From the human T2T-CHM13v2.0 reference genome, Homo sapiens: 64,000 nt of DNA. Positions 39,792-60,341 of the stretch are shown here, piece by piece. Position 1 is the first letter of the stretch. The number at the start of each line of letters is the position of its first letter. Location: NCBI RefSeq assembly GCF_009914755.1, contig NC_060933.1. One strand, written 5' to 3'. A program made the translations under genes and the position numbers. Below the pieces are notes generated by a model, which searched no databases, was not told the DNA's origin, and saw nothing but the letters and a program-made list of their open reading frames with translations.

Positions 39792-41234
39792 CTAACTCTG
39801 TCTAGAGCATAGTAGGTGTGAAATAAACGCTAGTACCCTCCCCTGTCTCAGTCACACCAGCATACAAGTTGGATTCAAGGTCAAATAACATGAACTAAAA
39901 AAAAATAACAAGCACCAGTAGTTAGCAGACAATGAAATACATAGATGTTTAGTTGGTATATTTTGTGAGGATTAAGGCAGGCTGCCCCTCTCCTTCATAG
40001 TGGTGATGGGTGAATTTAGATGCATGCATGGATAGGTCTGCTTCAAGTTCTGTACCAAGAAACGATGCATGCCAGGCCCAGGTTGGCTTCCAAGCTGAAC
40101 ACTCATCTCCCAAGGGCAGGCTCAGTCTTCTAGTTCCCAGAGCCAATCTTGACCTGGGGCCAGATGTGTTCAGATGACTCCTATTCCACATTTGGCTGCC
40201 AGTCTAATCCCAATCTATTGCTAACCTTTTGGTGGCTGGACTTCTGCTTGCTCTCCTATCTGAGTCCCTGCCCCATTAACCTGCTTTCTACTTTGCCCTG
40301 GCTTCTTTGTGACTCTACCACACATAACCAATAGGAAGCCCACCTACTTGTCACCTTGGCACCTCTAGTAGTTAAAAATTGTAATGGTTGCCCAGCACAT
40401 AGTGAAGCACATCTGTCCTTTAGCTATGCCTAAATGAGCCAAGGGAAGGGGCTGCTGACCTATCTGGCTCTTTCCTGAGAATTTTGAGAACCTAATCAGA
40501 GACAGGAAACAGTAAGAGCTGAATTGCCTCCAGAAATGCTCAGAAAAGAAGCCCACAAGCTCTTTCTGTTTCAGAAGCCCTGGCCTTGTTACCATTCTTC
40601 CTGAGACTTGGCTGTTCAAGCCTTCTATTGTAAGCTTCCACAATCAAATTTTTGCTTAAGTGATGGAAGATCCATTTCTGGTGTTTGCTTCCAACATGAA
40701 CCTTATCCAGTACTTACCTGAGCTCCTGTGTCCTGCTCCTGGTTCAGTACCTCTGAGTCAACTCACCCAGGTATCCCAAACACTAAAGCATAACAACACA
40801 CCTGATATTTAACATTGACACCTGTCCCAGGTTCTCCAGAAAATAATTTTTGGAATTTACCCCAGTCCTAGTAATGTCATTGGCTGTATTCATTTATTCA
40901 TCTATAATCCATCCATGTATCCACCTAGCCATCCATATTGAGCATCTACAATACATTGGGCACTGTCTGTGGTCCTGGGGTTACAAAAAATATAGCAGAC
41001 AGCATCCCTGCTTTTCAACACCACAGACCAGTAGAGGAGACTGCTGTACCAACAAGTAATCTCAGTACAAAGGGCTAAGAACTATAATGGAGCTACAAAT
41101 ATGGAGCAATGAGAGAACAGAGGTGGGAACAAGCCTCACAAAGAAAGCAAGAAAGTCTTCAACAAGTAGCTAAAGTGAGTATTGGAGAATGAGGAAGAGT
41201 TCACGAAGAGAAGAAGAGTAGTATTGCATTTTAA

Positions 41235-41262
41235 ACACACACACACACACACACACACACAC
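41235..41262. repeat. (CA)n microsatellite
   Basis: Dinucleotide run. Confidence 0.95.
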
Positions 41263-41559
41263 CACAAGAATGACAAATTTGTTAACTATTAAACCCAAGA
41301 ATGCCATTTCTGGGGTTTATTCTACAGATGTATTTGTATATATAACAAACAACTTATGCATCAAATTAAATATTGAAGTACTGTTTGTGAGAGTAAGAGA
41401 CTGAAACCAATCCAAATGTAAATTAATAGAGCACTGGTTATGTAAATATGGTATATCCACTTGATGGAAAACTATACAACTATAAAAAAATGGGGAAGAT
41501 CTCTATTTACCAACATGAAAGATCTTTAAGATACAATGCTAAGTTAAAAAAGAAAGGTT

Positions 41560-43730
41560 CCCTCTCCCTCTCCCTCTCCCTCTCCCTCTCCCCACGGTCT
41601 CCCTCTCCCTCTCTTTCCACGGTCTCCCTCTCATGCTGAGCCGAAGCTGGACTGTATTGCTGCCATCTCGGCTCACTGCAACCTCCCTGCCTGATTCTCC
41701 TGACTCAGCCTGCCGAGTGCCTGCGATTGCAGGCTCGCGTCGCCACGCCTGACTGGTTTTGGTGGAGACGGGGTTTCGCTGTGTTGGCCAGGCCGGTCTC
41801 CAGCCCCTAACCGCAAGTGATCCGCCGGCCTCGGCCTCCCGACGTGCCGGGATTGCAGGCGGAGTCTCGTTCACTCAGTGCTCGGTGGTGCCCAGGCTGG
41901 AGTGCAGTGGCGTGGTCCCGGCTCGCTACAACCTCCACCTCCCAGCCGCCTGCCTTGGCCTCCCAAAGTGCTGAGATTGCAGCCTCTGCCCGGCCGCCAC
42001 CCCGTCTGGGAAGTGAGGAGCGTCTCTGCCTGGCCACCCATCGTCTGGGATGTGGGGAGCCCCTCTGCCTGGCTGCCCAGTCTGGGAGGTGAGGAGCGTC
42101 TCCGACCGGCCGCCATCCCATCTAGGAGGTGAGGAGCGCCTCTTTCTGGCCGCCATCACATCTAGGAAGTGAGGAGCGTCTCTGCCCGGCCGCCCATCGT
42201 CTGAGATGTGGGGAGCGCCTCTGCCCCGCTGCCCCGTCTGGGATGTGAGGAGCACCTCTGCCCGGCCACGACCCCGTCTGGGAGGTGAGGAGCATCTCTG
42301 CCCCGCCGCCCCGTCTGAGAAGTGAGGAGACCCTCTGCCCGGCAACCACCCCGTCTGAGAAGTGAGGAGACCCTCCACCCGGCAGCTGCCCCGTCTGAGA
42401 AATGAGGAGCCTCTCCGCCCAGCAGCCACCCCGTCTGGGAAGTGAGGAGCGTCTCCGCCCGGCAGCCACCCCGTCCGGGAGGGAGGTGGGGGGGGTCAGC
42501 CCCCCGCCAGGCCAGCAGCCCCATCCGGGAGGGAGGTGGGGGGGTCAGCCCCACGCCCCGCCAGCCGCCCCGTCAGGGAGGGAGGTGGGGGGGTCAGCCC
42601 CCCGCCAGGCCAGCCGCCCCGTCCGGGAGGGAGGTCGGGGCCTCAGCCTCCCGCCCGGCCAGCCGCCCCATCCGGGAGGTGAGGGGCGCCTCTGCCTGGC
42701 CACCCCTACTGGGAAGTGAGGAGCCCCTCTGCCAGGCCAGCCGCCCCGTCCGGGAGGGAGGTGGCGGGGTCAGCCCCCCGCCCGGCCAGCCGCCCCGTCA
42801 GGGAGGGAGGTGGGTTCAGCCCCCCGCCAGGCCAGCCGCCCCGTCCGGGAGGGAGGTGGCGGGGTCAGCCCCCCGCCCGGCCAGCCGCCCCGTCCGGGAG
42901 GTGAGGGGCGCCTCTGCCCGCCCGCCCCTACTGGGAAGTGAGGAGCCCCTCTGCCCGGCCAGCCGCCCCATCCGGGAGGGAGGTGGGGGGGTCAGGCCCC
43001 GCCCGGCCAGCCGCCCCGTCCGGGAGGGAGGTTGGGGGGTCAGCCCCCGCCCGGCCAGCGGCCCCGCCCGGGAGGTGAGGGGCGCCTCTGCCCGGCCGCC
43101 CCTACTGGGAAGTGAGGAGCCCCTCTGCCCGGCCACCACCCCGTCTGGGAGGTGTGCCCAACAGCTCATTGAGAACGGGCCAGGATGACAATGGCGGCTT
43201 TGTGGAATAGAAAGGCGGGAAAGGTGGGGAAAAGATTGAGAAATCGGATGGTTGCCGTGTCTGTGTAGAAAGAAGTAGACATGGGAGACTTTTCATTTTG
43301 TTCTGTACTAAGAAAACTTCTGCCTTGGGATCCTGTTGATCTGTGACCTTACCCCCAACCCTGTGCTCTCTGAAACATGTGCTGTGTCCACTCAGGGTTA
43401 AACGGATTAAGGGCGGTGCAAGATGTGCTTTGTTAAACAGATGCTTGAAGGCAGCATGCTCGTTAAGAGTCATCACCACTCCCTAATCTCAAGTACCCAG
43501 GGACACAAACACTGCGGAAGGCCGCAGGGTCCTCTGCCTAGGAAAACCGGAGACCTTTGTTCACTTGTTTATCTGCTGACCTTCCCTCCACTATTGTCCT
43601 ATGACCCTGCCAAATCCCCCTCTGTGAGAAACACCCAAGAATTATCAATAAAAAATAAATAAATTTAAAAAAAAAAAAAGAATGGTTAAAATAAAAAATA
43701 GCAACAACGCTAAAAAAAAAAAAAAAAAAA
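41560..43730 (+). mobile_element. Full-length SVA retrotransposon (E/F-like) with 3' transduction
   Basis: (CCCTCT)n head, antisense Alu-like region, GC-rich VNTR (about 41990-43150), SINE-R, AATAAA 43647, poly(A); 14-bp TSD aaaaaagaaaggtt at 41546-41559 and 43725-43738. Confidence 0.97.
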
Positions 43731-43910
43731 GAAAGGTTTAGGCCAGGCACAGTGGTTCATACCTGTAATCCCAGCACTTTGGGAGGCTGAGGGAGGCAGA
43801 TCACAAGGTCAGGAGTTCGAGACAAGCCTGACCAACATGGTGAAACCCCGTCTCCACTAAAAATACAAAAAGTAGCCAGGTATGGTGGCATGCATCTGTA
43901 ATCCCAGCTA

Positions 43911-44066
<156 letters not shown>

Positions 44067-44699
44067 CTACCTGTTGTCTTAAATAGGGTAAAATGTAAAT
44101 ATAATTCTTATTTGTTCACTTTTATCTTAAAAGCTATAAGAGTAATATACACCTGGTAAAAGTGGTTCCTATTAGGTATGGGGTGGTGAGAATTAAAAAG
44201 TGAAAAAAGTGAAAGTGAAAATTTTCACTCAATGCTAACATTTTTAACTTTTGAACTAAGTGAGAATACCATCAATTAAAGATTGTTTTCAAAGAATACA
44301 TTGCAAAGAAACACCGAAGTTAGATGCAGGACTCAGAAGACAACACATTTTAAAGACTGTATGATGAGTTAGGAACTTGCTGGCAAAAGAAAGTAAGGGA
44401 GAATGTTCTGCTTCACCTCCCTCTCTTGTGGGCAATAATAATTCTAATAGCTATCTGTTCACAGCAATTACATAGTATGAGAATGGGCACCTTTAGAAAT
44501 ACAGATATGAGTGGAGATCTGAAGCTGATGAGAAAGAGATATATTGGCAGGGAAATCTATAATACAGATTTGGAAGCAGAATTTTTATTTCTTCTTATGT
44601 GAGTGTATTCATTCCATTTAAACAACACTTTCTGCCTTATTCCTGAAAAGATGCGAAGACTTTTAATTGAAAACACTAGGAAAAGAAAACAAATAAAAC

Positions 44700-45362
44700 T
44701 GCTTTCTTACTCTGGAGCTGCCATAACAAAATAATATAGACTGGGTGGCTTATAAACAACAAAAATTTATTTCTCACAGTTCTGAAGTCTGGGAAGTCCA
44801 TGAGCAAGATGCCTGCAGATTCCATGTCTGGTGAGGGCAGCTTCCTGCTCCACATATGACACCTTCTCTCTGTGTCTTCACCTGGTGGAAGGGACAAGGC
44901 AGCTCTCCAGGGGCTCTTTTTTCTTTTCCTTTTCCTTTTTTTTTTTTTTTTTTTTGGAGACAGTGTTTTACTGTGACGCCCAGGCTGGATTGCAGTGGCA
45001 TGATCTGGGGCTCAGGTGATCCTCCTACCTCTGCCCCCAAGTAACTGGGATTACAGGTGTGTGCCACCATGCCTGGATAATTTTTGTATTTTTAGTAGAC
45101 ATAGGGTTTCGCCATGTTGCCCAGGCTGGTCTTGAATTCCTGGCCTGAAGCTATCCTCCGCCTTGGCCTTCCAAAGTGCTGGGATTACAGAGCCACTGTG
45201 CCTGGCCTTGGGGGCTCTTTCATAAGGACTCTAATCCCATTCATGAGGCATCTACCCTCATGACCTAATCACCTCCCAAAGGCCTCCCATTTCCTAATAT
45301 CTTCACATTGGTGAGTTTCAACATACAAATTTAAGGAGGAAACAAACATTTAGACCATAGCA
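44700..45362 (-). mobile_element. MLT1/MST-type MaLR LTR interrupted by an Alu
   Basis: gctgccataacaaaat...tttatttctcacagttctg...acatttagaccatagca. Confidence 0.75.
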
Positions 45363-45519
45363 ACTGCATACCCTAAAGTCATCTTGCAACTTAAAAATCT
45401 GAAATTTTGATCTTTAGAAGCCTCCCTTGTAGAGAGTATAAGATACAAGGCTGAAAAGTAATTACCTTCCCCCAAGCAATGGGCTTGTGAATGTTATTAG
45501 ACAGGATCCGCGTTTTTGT

Positions 45520-50098
<4,579 letters not shown>

Positions 50099-50871
50099 CT
50101 TTGGCCAGGCATGGTGGTTCACGCCTGTAATAGCAGCACTTTGGGAGGCCAAGGCGGGTGGATCACGAGGTCAAGACATCAAGACCATCTTGGCCAACAT
50201 GGTGAAACCCTGTCCCTACTAAAACTATGAAAATTAGCTGGGTGTGGTGATGCACGCTTGAACCCAGGAGGCGGAGCTTGCAGTGAGCCGAGATCGCGCC
50301 ACTGCACTCCAGCCTGGGCAACAGAGCGAGACTCCGTCTCAACGGCTGGAGCATAGTGGCGCTATCTCAGTTCACTGCAAGTTCCGCCTCCCAGGTTCAT
50401 GCCATTCTCCTGCCTCAGCCTCCTGAGTAGCTGGAACTACAGGCGCCTGCCACCATGCCTGAGTAGCTGGGATTACAGGCATGTGCCACCATGCCCAGCT
50501 AATTTTTGTATTTTTAGTAGAGATGGGGTGTTGCCGTGTTAGCCAGGATGGTCTCGATCTCCTGACCTTGTGATCTGCCCACCACGGCCTCCCAAAGTGC
50601 TGGGATTACAGGCATGAGCCACTGGGCCTGGCCTTATTTTTTTTATTTTTTATTTTTTTAATTCTTTTTGAGACAGTCTCTCTCTGTCACCCAGGCTGGA
50701 GTGCAGTGGTGCAATCTTGGCTCTGTCACCCAGACTCAAGCGATCCTTCCACCTCAGCTTCCTGAGTAGCTGGGACTACGGGCATGCACCACCACACCAG
50801 GCAAATTTTCTGTACTTTTAGTAGAAAAATACTAAATGCCATGCTGCCCGAGCTGGTAAAAATAATTTTTA

Positions 50872-51270
<399 letters not shown>

Positions 51271-53142
51271 TTAGACAGTAGGGGAAACTAGCTGGAAATA
51301 CAACTTGGATAGCCAACATTGAAATGGTGGGATACACACATGACCTCAATCCCGGTGAGGCTCCCAGGTACCTATAGCCTTATTACAAGAAGGAAGGCCC
51401 TAGGGCAGTGGCAGAATTACTTTGGAAAACAAACTGAAATAATTTTACATGTAGAATTGCATAAATTGGGAGCTGGATGGATTTTAGAGATATAATAGTT
51501 CAGAAATCACAGTACGGATCAGCGATCACAAACACCAGATGCCTGTGAGTTGTGTTTGGCTTGAATACTGCATAACGTTGTTTTTTTTAATTAATTAATT
51601 TATTAATTTATTTATTTTGAGATGCAGTCTCGCTCTGTCACCCAGGCTGGGGTGCATTGGCATGATCTCGGCTCACCGCAAACTCTACCTCCCAGGTTCA
51701 AGTGATTCTCTTGCCTCAGCCTTCCGAGTAGCTGAGATTACAGGTATGCACCACCACACCTGGTTAATTTTTGTATTTTTAGTAGAGACGGGGTTTTGCC
51801 ATTTTGGCCAGGCTTGTCTCGAACTCCTGACCTCAGGTGATCCACCCACCTTTGCCTGCCCAAGGTGCTGGGATTACAGGTGTGAGCCACTGTGCCTGGC
51901 CTATTGTTTTAATTTTTTTTTTTTTTTTTTTAGAGACACAGCTTCACTATGTTGCTCAGACTAGCCTGGAAGGAAATACTGTGTTTAAATTTTTTATTAA
52001 TTAATTGCCAACATTTTAAGATCAAGAGATTTCACACTTCAACAAATTGGCTATCTGGCTTCTTTTGAAATTCTTTTTTTTTCAGACCTCTATGGTTTAA
52101 CTCGGGGATCTTTTGAAATTCTGAAAACTCTGGTAGGCGAGGCCCGCATTCTCACGTGGCACCATCACAGCTGCCCCCGTTAGACAGAGGATAGAGTACT
52201 CCCCAGTTTCCCACAGTCCCCACCAGCCAGTGTTTCTCATTTTCATCACCTGTGGAGCCCATATAAGTATCTCAGGTGAGGAAGCTGGTTCAGAGGCCAA
52301 CTGTAAGAGTTCGTGGCCCCTTTTCCTACTCCCCAGTTTTTAATATTTTCTTCAATAAGCAGAGTTGGGAAATCAAGAGCCAGATAACACTCCATAATCA
52401 TCTTGGTTTGAGCCACTACTCAGTATTCCTGATTCTAAATTCTACACCACTACCCCAACCTAGTGGTTGGGTCCAATAACCATAATCAGAAAAAAATAGG
52501 GGTTTTTCCCCCAAGAATTATAGAAAGCTCATCCAGAATTTTAGGGACTATACTTATCCCAGGACCTTGGAATCTTTCCACTTCTTTGCTGCTATTACTA
52601 GTGCCAGGCCTACAACACCCCCATCTTTTGCCAAATTTGCCACTGAGCTAGAAGTTGCCTTTGCCATGACTTTATCCCAACGAGGGCAGCTGCTAATATG
52701 ATTATGGTTGCTTCCAGGAAGGGGCGTTACATGGAGGCTAAGACCCAAATGACTGCCATGTTGTTGTGACTGCTGCTGATGCTCACCATGAATTCTTCTT
52801 TCCCCACTGATCCCTGCAATTCCCACCTCTGAAGCTGCTGCTCCCAAGTGCTACTCCTCAGGGTGACAATGAACCACCTCCCTTGGTTACAGCCATTCTG
52901 ATCCTGCCCTTACCCACTGCTGCCCAGGAACCTATGTGGTCACCACTCCTGAAGCGAATGCTACTAAATCGCCAGATAATATGTTAGACCAGTTCTACCT
53001 GAAAGATGACCTCATTCTCTGGAGTGAGGGTGCCCCCTGTTGAGGAATTTGGGTCAAGTATTTCAGGACCCAAGATTTTAGGTTGCAAGAGAATCCAACT
53101 CAAACTATCTTAAGATTTAAAAAATAAATAAAAAGTTACTAA

Positions 53143-54616
<1,474 letters not shown>

Positions 54617-54968
54617 TAATGGCAAATACAGGAGAGCAGATGGCCTCAGCCCCAGTAGCTCCAAGTCACTTGACTTCTATCTTCTCCATTTTCTGCCTTT
54701 GCTTGTTCAAACTCTTGCCTCTGTTCCTTCTAACTCTTCCACTGGCAGGAACGGTCTGTGTCTAGGACACATTATTAGGTCCTTAGAATGGATAAAGGGC
54801 TTCTTGGTTTATAGATAAAACCCCACAGGAGGATTCCGATTGGCTCTATTTGAGACACTTGATCATCCTTGGACCAACCACTGTGGCCAGATTGGGAATG
54901 GTTCTATGACTGGCAGCCCCAGGAGGATCAAAAGTAGTAGGGAAGGTCAGCTCTAATAAACAATACTA

Positions 54969-55199
<231 letters not shown>

Positions 55200-55248
55200 T
55201 CAGGAGATTAAGATGGGAGGATCACCTGAGCCTGGGAGGTCTACGCTG

Positions 55249-56417
<1,169 letters not shown>

Positions 56418-56699
56418 TTATTTAAAAATTGGTAAAGAACTTGAATATACATTTCCCCAAAGAAATATGCAAATGGTCAATAAGCACATGAAAACGTGTT
56501 CCATCAATATAATTAGGGAGATGCAAATAAAAAGTCATGAAACACCATTTCACACTCACTGACACGGTTATAATAAAAAGTTCAGATAAGTGTTGGCAAG
56601 GATGTGGAGAATCCTGCTGGGGAGGGGAGTAAAATGGGACAGCCACTTTAAAAAAATCTGGCAGTTCCTCAAATAGTTGAAAATAGAGTTCCATAAATA

Positions 56700-56913
56700 C
56701 AGAAATCCCTTGGTATCTGCAGGGTGGACTGTTTCGAAGACCCCTGTGGACTCCAAAATTGACAGATGCTCTTCTTGCAGTCAGCCCTGTGGAATCCGCC
56801 CATAGGAAAATTCCTCTTATCCTCAGGTTCTGCAACCTGGGAATACTGTAATTTTTGATATGTGGTTGGTTGAATTGGAGGATGCAGAACCCACAGATAG
56901 GGAGGGCTGACTG
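56700..56913. mobile_element. MER2/Tigger-type DNA transposon relic
   Basis: TA-flanked cag...ctg termini; gatgcagaacccacagatagggagggctgactg end. A related end lies at about 1990-2032. Confidence 0.8.
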
Positions 56914-57101
56914 TATACTACTGGGCACATGCCCAAGAGAAATGAAAACGTATTTGCACAAAAATGTGTACATGAATGTTCATAGCAACGCCAAAAGGTA
57001 AAAACTTTTTGATAAATAAAATGTGGCATATACATACAATGCAATATTATTCAGCCAAAAAAGGAATGAAGTACTGACACATACTACAAAATGGATGAAC
57101 G

Positions 57102-57758
57102 TGTTACAGGTGGCAGGTATCCAAGTTACCAGGGCAAATCTGTATGGGTCTGCAGCAACTTCAGTTCTTGCCTCCTCAGAAGAAAGAATTTGACCGAGGG
57201 GCAATAAGGCACAAAAAGAGACTGAGGCAAGTTTCAGAGCAGGAGTGGAAGCTTATTTAAAAGGCCTTTAGGAAAGAAAGGAAAGCACGCTCGGAAGAGT
57301 CCCAAGCTGTCACTGAGGTCAACTGTGATATTGACCTCGATCCTAGGACTTTACAGGCTGGCTCCTTTCCCATGATTCTTCCCTTAGGGTGGGCTGCCTC
57401 CATGCGCAGTGCCCTCCTTACCCTTGGGAAGTGAGCACAGCGCAATATGTATGAAGTTGTATGCGTGCCCATCTGAGGCTTTCTTCCCTTTTCCGATAGA
57501 GTCCCCCTGAAAGGTCATACTCCCCGATTTTGTCTCTTAATGCATATGCCCAGGAAGTTGCTTCTCCCTGTCACCTGCATTCAACGAGCACTTTAGTGCA
57601 ACAGGTGTGGGCCATCAGGAAATGGCCTCTCCCTGGCACCGGCTGCCAATTTATCACTTTTAGAGGCAATGTGATAAATGCCTAAGCATCACCCCACATT
57701 CCTAGTGGGTGAGGGAAGAGCCCTCTCCTGCCCTGCTCATGCCTAACTACCTGTAACA
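57102..57758 (-). mobile_element. MER50-like ERV1 solo LTR
   Basis: tgttacagg...cctgtaaca termini; reverse strand starts tgttacaggtagttaggcatgagcagggcaggagagggc; TSD aacg/aacc. Confidence 0.78.
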
Positions 57759-58661
57759 AACCTTGTAAACATTAAGCCAGCCACCAAAAGACCATATAAT
57801 TCCGTTTATATTAAATGTCCAGATTAGTTAAATCTAGAGAGACAAAGTAGGTTCTTGGTTGGCTAGGGCTGGAGGAGTTGGGAGGATCAGGGGTGATAGC
57901 TAAAAAGTACAAGTTTCTTCTTTCGAGTGGTAAAAATGCTCTCAAATAGTGGTGATGGTTGCCCAAGCCTGTGAATATACCAAAAATCACTGAACACTTC
58001 AAATGGGTGAATTATATGGCATGTGATTACAGTCTAATAAATAAATAGTATGTCCTGCTGTATCCTTCAGGGCCTCTGAGAAATGGAGAGAGCTCCATCT
58101 GAAGCCAGACTGAGTTCCGATCCTGCTTCTATTTTCCCCGCAGGTAAATCCTTCCTCAACAGCAACACGGGGTGATACGCCCTATCCGGAAAGGTTGTTG
58201 TAATTTTTAAAAACATTAAAAACATACATTAGGGTTAATCATGTAGCGTGTGATACACAGACGCTCTGAAACACTACTGCACACGCACACCAACATGGGG
58301 CCTCTGCGGAGCTTGTGAAAGAACCAGATCTGGAGGGCTGGTCGTGTCCCTGGTCTCGGCCCTCGCCCTCCTTGTTTCTTAGGCTCTAAAGCAATCAGGC
58401 AGCAGAGCAGTCCTTGAACCCCAGTCAAGAAAAAGCCCTGCACCCCTTAGTCCGAAAGCCGCAAGGAACGGGGCCTAAGCGCCTGGCGAGGCCGCCCTAC
58501 CGGGCAGAGACAGTTGCTACGTAACTCGGGGACCAGAAACCCAGCCCCACCCGCTGCGGTTAACCGACAGCCGCAACGGTTCCCGCACCGCCCGGGTCGG
58601 AGAACAATGCTGCGCCCTGCACGTAGAGCCTCGCGGTGCCGCGCCCTGGGGCGGGCCTGCC

Positions 58662-58686
58662 CATGGCCTGCCGGGAAATGTAGTTT
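58662..58686 (-). promoter_or_regulatory. ZNF143/Staf-THAP11 type motif (ACTACAnnTCCC)
   Basis: Reverse strand reads AAACTACATTTCCCGGCAGGCCATG. Confidence 0.8.
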
Positions 58687-58737
58687 CTGATGCCCTGCCC
58701 GCGCCGCCTCGCCGCTCGCCGGCCGGGCGCCCCAAGC

Positions 58738-58763
58738 AACTACAACTTCCATCACGCTCTGCG
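58738..58763 (+). promoter_or_regulatory. Second ZNF143/Staf-THAP11 type motif
   Basis: AACTACAACTTCCATCACGCTCTGCG resembles ACTACAAnTCCCAnnATGCnCnGCG. Confidence 0.7.
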
Positions 58764-58808
58764 AGGCCTTGATCTGCAGGCTTTTGCAGGGGAAGGAGTG
58801 GGGCGAAC

Positions 58809-59122
58809 ATGGCTGAAGGAAGCCGAGGTGGCCCTACGTGTAGCGGGGTGGGTGGCAGGCAGGACCCAGTCTCCGGCAGTGGCGGCTGCAACTTTCCAGA
58901 GTATGAGCTTCCCGAGCTAAATACGCGCGCTTTCCATGTGGGCGCCTTTGGGGAGCTGTGGCGGGGCCGTCTGCGCGGGGCCGGGGACTTGTCGCTGAGG
59001 GAGCCGCCGGCATCCGCTCTGCCTGGGAGCCAGGCAGCTGACTCCGACCGGGAGGATGCCGCGGTGGCCAGGGATCTGGACTGCAGCCTGGAGGCGGCGG
59101 CTGAGCTGAGGGCGGTGTGCGG
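58809..59122 (+). CDS. SNAPC3: SNAPC3 (SNAP50) coding exon 1
   Basis: [58 protein letters not shown]...[10 protein letters not shown] matches my recollection of the SNAPC3 N-terminus. Strong Kozak aacATGg; donor GG|GTGAGT at 59122/59123 (phase 2); lies in a CpG island. Confidence 0.96.
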
Positions 59123-59837
59123 GTGAGTGCGGAGCAAAGGGGCTCTTGCAGCTTGGGGTCAAACAGGGTGCAGCCTTGCTCGTGCGCTCCTCTGGGACTC
59201 ATCCCTGAGAAGGGCCTGTGGTTTAGACCTGGGCTAGGAGTATTACCCTTTAAAGCTTTCAACCCGCTGGAGCCTTCCTGGGACACCAGGAGAAGTCCTG
59301 GGACCCGAATGCACAGTTTCTACGAGTTGGAGCAAAGGGACAAGACAGCTGCATCAAAGACTAGTTTTTCCATTTGCTTATTCTAAGAGTGCTTGTTAAT
59401 AAAGAAAAGCAATCAGGGCAACAGCGACGTGTACCTGCCATTGACAGACACTTTGACAATGGAGGAACCTGAGTAATGCTGAAGCTGCGGGAGACTTCAT
59501 CAGAGGAGTGTTAAAACCCCGACTAACTGGTTTCTTTTGGGGACCTTCCGGGTATTCTGTTACTGAAATATTTCTTAAAAGTGCCTTATTTGGGGATGAA
59601 AATATAAAAATAACTTTAATCTCTTTCTCCATTTAACAGTACTGGCTGCCTTCATCGGCCTTTTCATTATAAAATATAATCACAGAAATCGTTGTCTTAA
59701 GTTCTGGCCTCTCTGAGCCGCCTGCTGGATTTTATCTGACTTCGTAATTCAGTAATGTATTTAGGAAAACAACCCTAACTCGCTGTGAACCAGATGCAGA
59801 GTCGACCTTAAAGTATTGCTTTTCCTTTTTGTTTTAG

Positions 59838-59915
59838 CCTTGATAAACTGAAATGCCTTGAGGACGGTGAGGATCCAGAAGTCATTCCGGAGAATACTGA
59901 CCTGGTGACTTTGGG
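59838..59915 (+). CDS. SNAPC3: SNAPC3 coding exon 2 (78 nt)
   Basis: Acceptor tttcctttttgttttag|C; continues exon 1 in frame as (G)[25 protein letters not shown](G); donor GG|GTATGG at 59915/59916. The gene continues beyond the window. Confidence 0.95.
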
Positions 59916-60341
59916 GTATGGAGGACTTGGTTTTTATGACCTATTTATTTAAACATTTTTTCAACATTATGTTTTGAAAAGTTGAAAGTGCAGTATTGAT
60001 TGTTGTCTGTATACCCACCCCTTAAATTCAGCTGTTCTTAATATTTGACCATATTTACTTTAGCCGTGTGTATGGGATGCCTGCTGTGTGTTTTTTCATT
60101 TTGCTATCCCCCATTCAGTAAGTTAGACATGATAATTTACCCGTAAATACATAAGCATATAGCTTCTAAAAGTATCATTCTCCTACATAATTATTGTGGT
60201 ATTATTATACCTAAGAAAACCATAAATACATAATCTATAATATTCAGTCCATATTCAAACTTGTGTTTATTTTTTAATATTTTTGAATGTTTGTTTATAG
60301 AGGTAATCTACTTAGATCTGGGGGGCAACCTAAATACTCTG

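Larger units (their letters stand above)
58340..59200. promoter_or_regulatory. CpG island / SNAPC3 promoter
   Basis: Abrupt rise in GC and CpG content over the 5' end of SNAPC3; GC boxes (ggggcggg near 58648); no obvious TATA box. Confidence 0.9.

Noticed and set aside
41539-43662. Many long overlapping ORFs (up to 248 aa)
   Set aside because: Products of the GC-rich SVA VNTR and Alu-like region; repetitive translation on both strands.
52097-52900. Possible ancient retroviral gag/protease remnants
   Set aside because: Only a vague resemblance; no catalytic motif could be supported without a profile search.
58517-59286. Antisense ORFs of 206 and 150 aa over SNAPC3 exon 1
   Set aside because: Expected stop-codon scarcity in a CpG island opposite a real exon; no recognisable protein.
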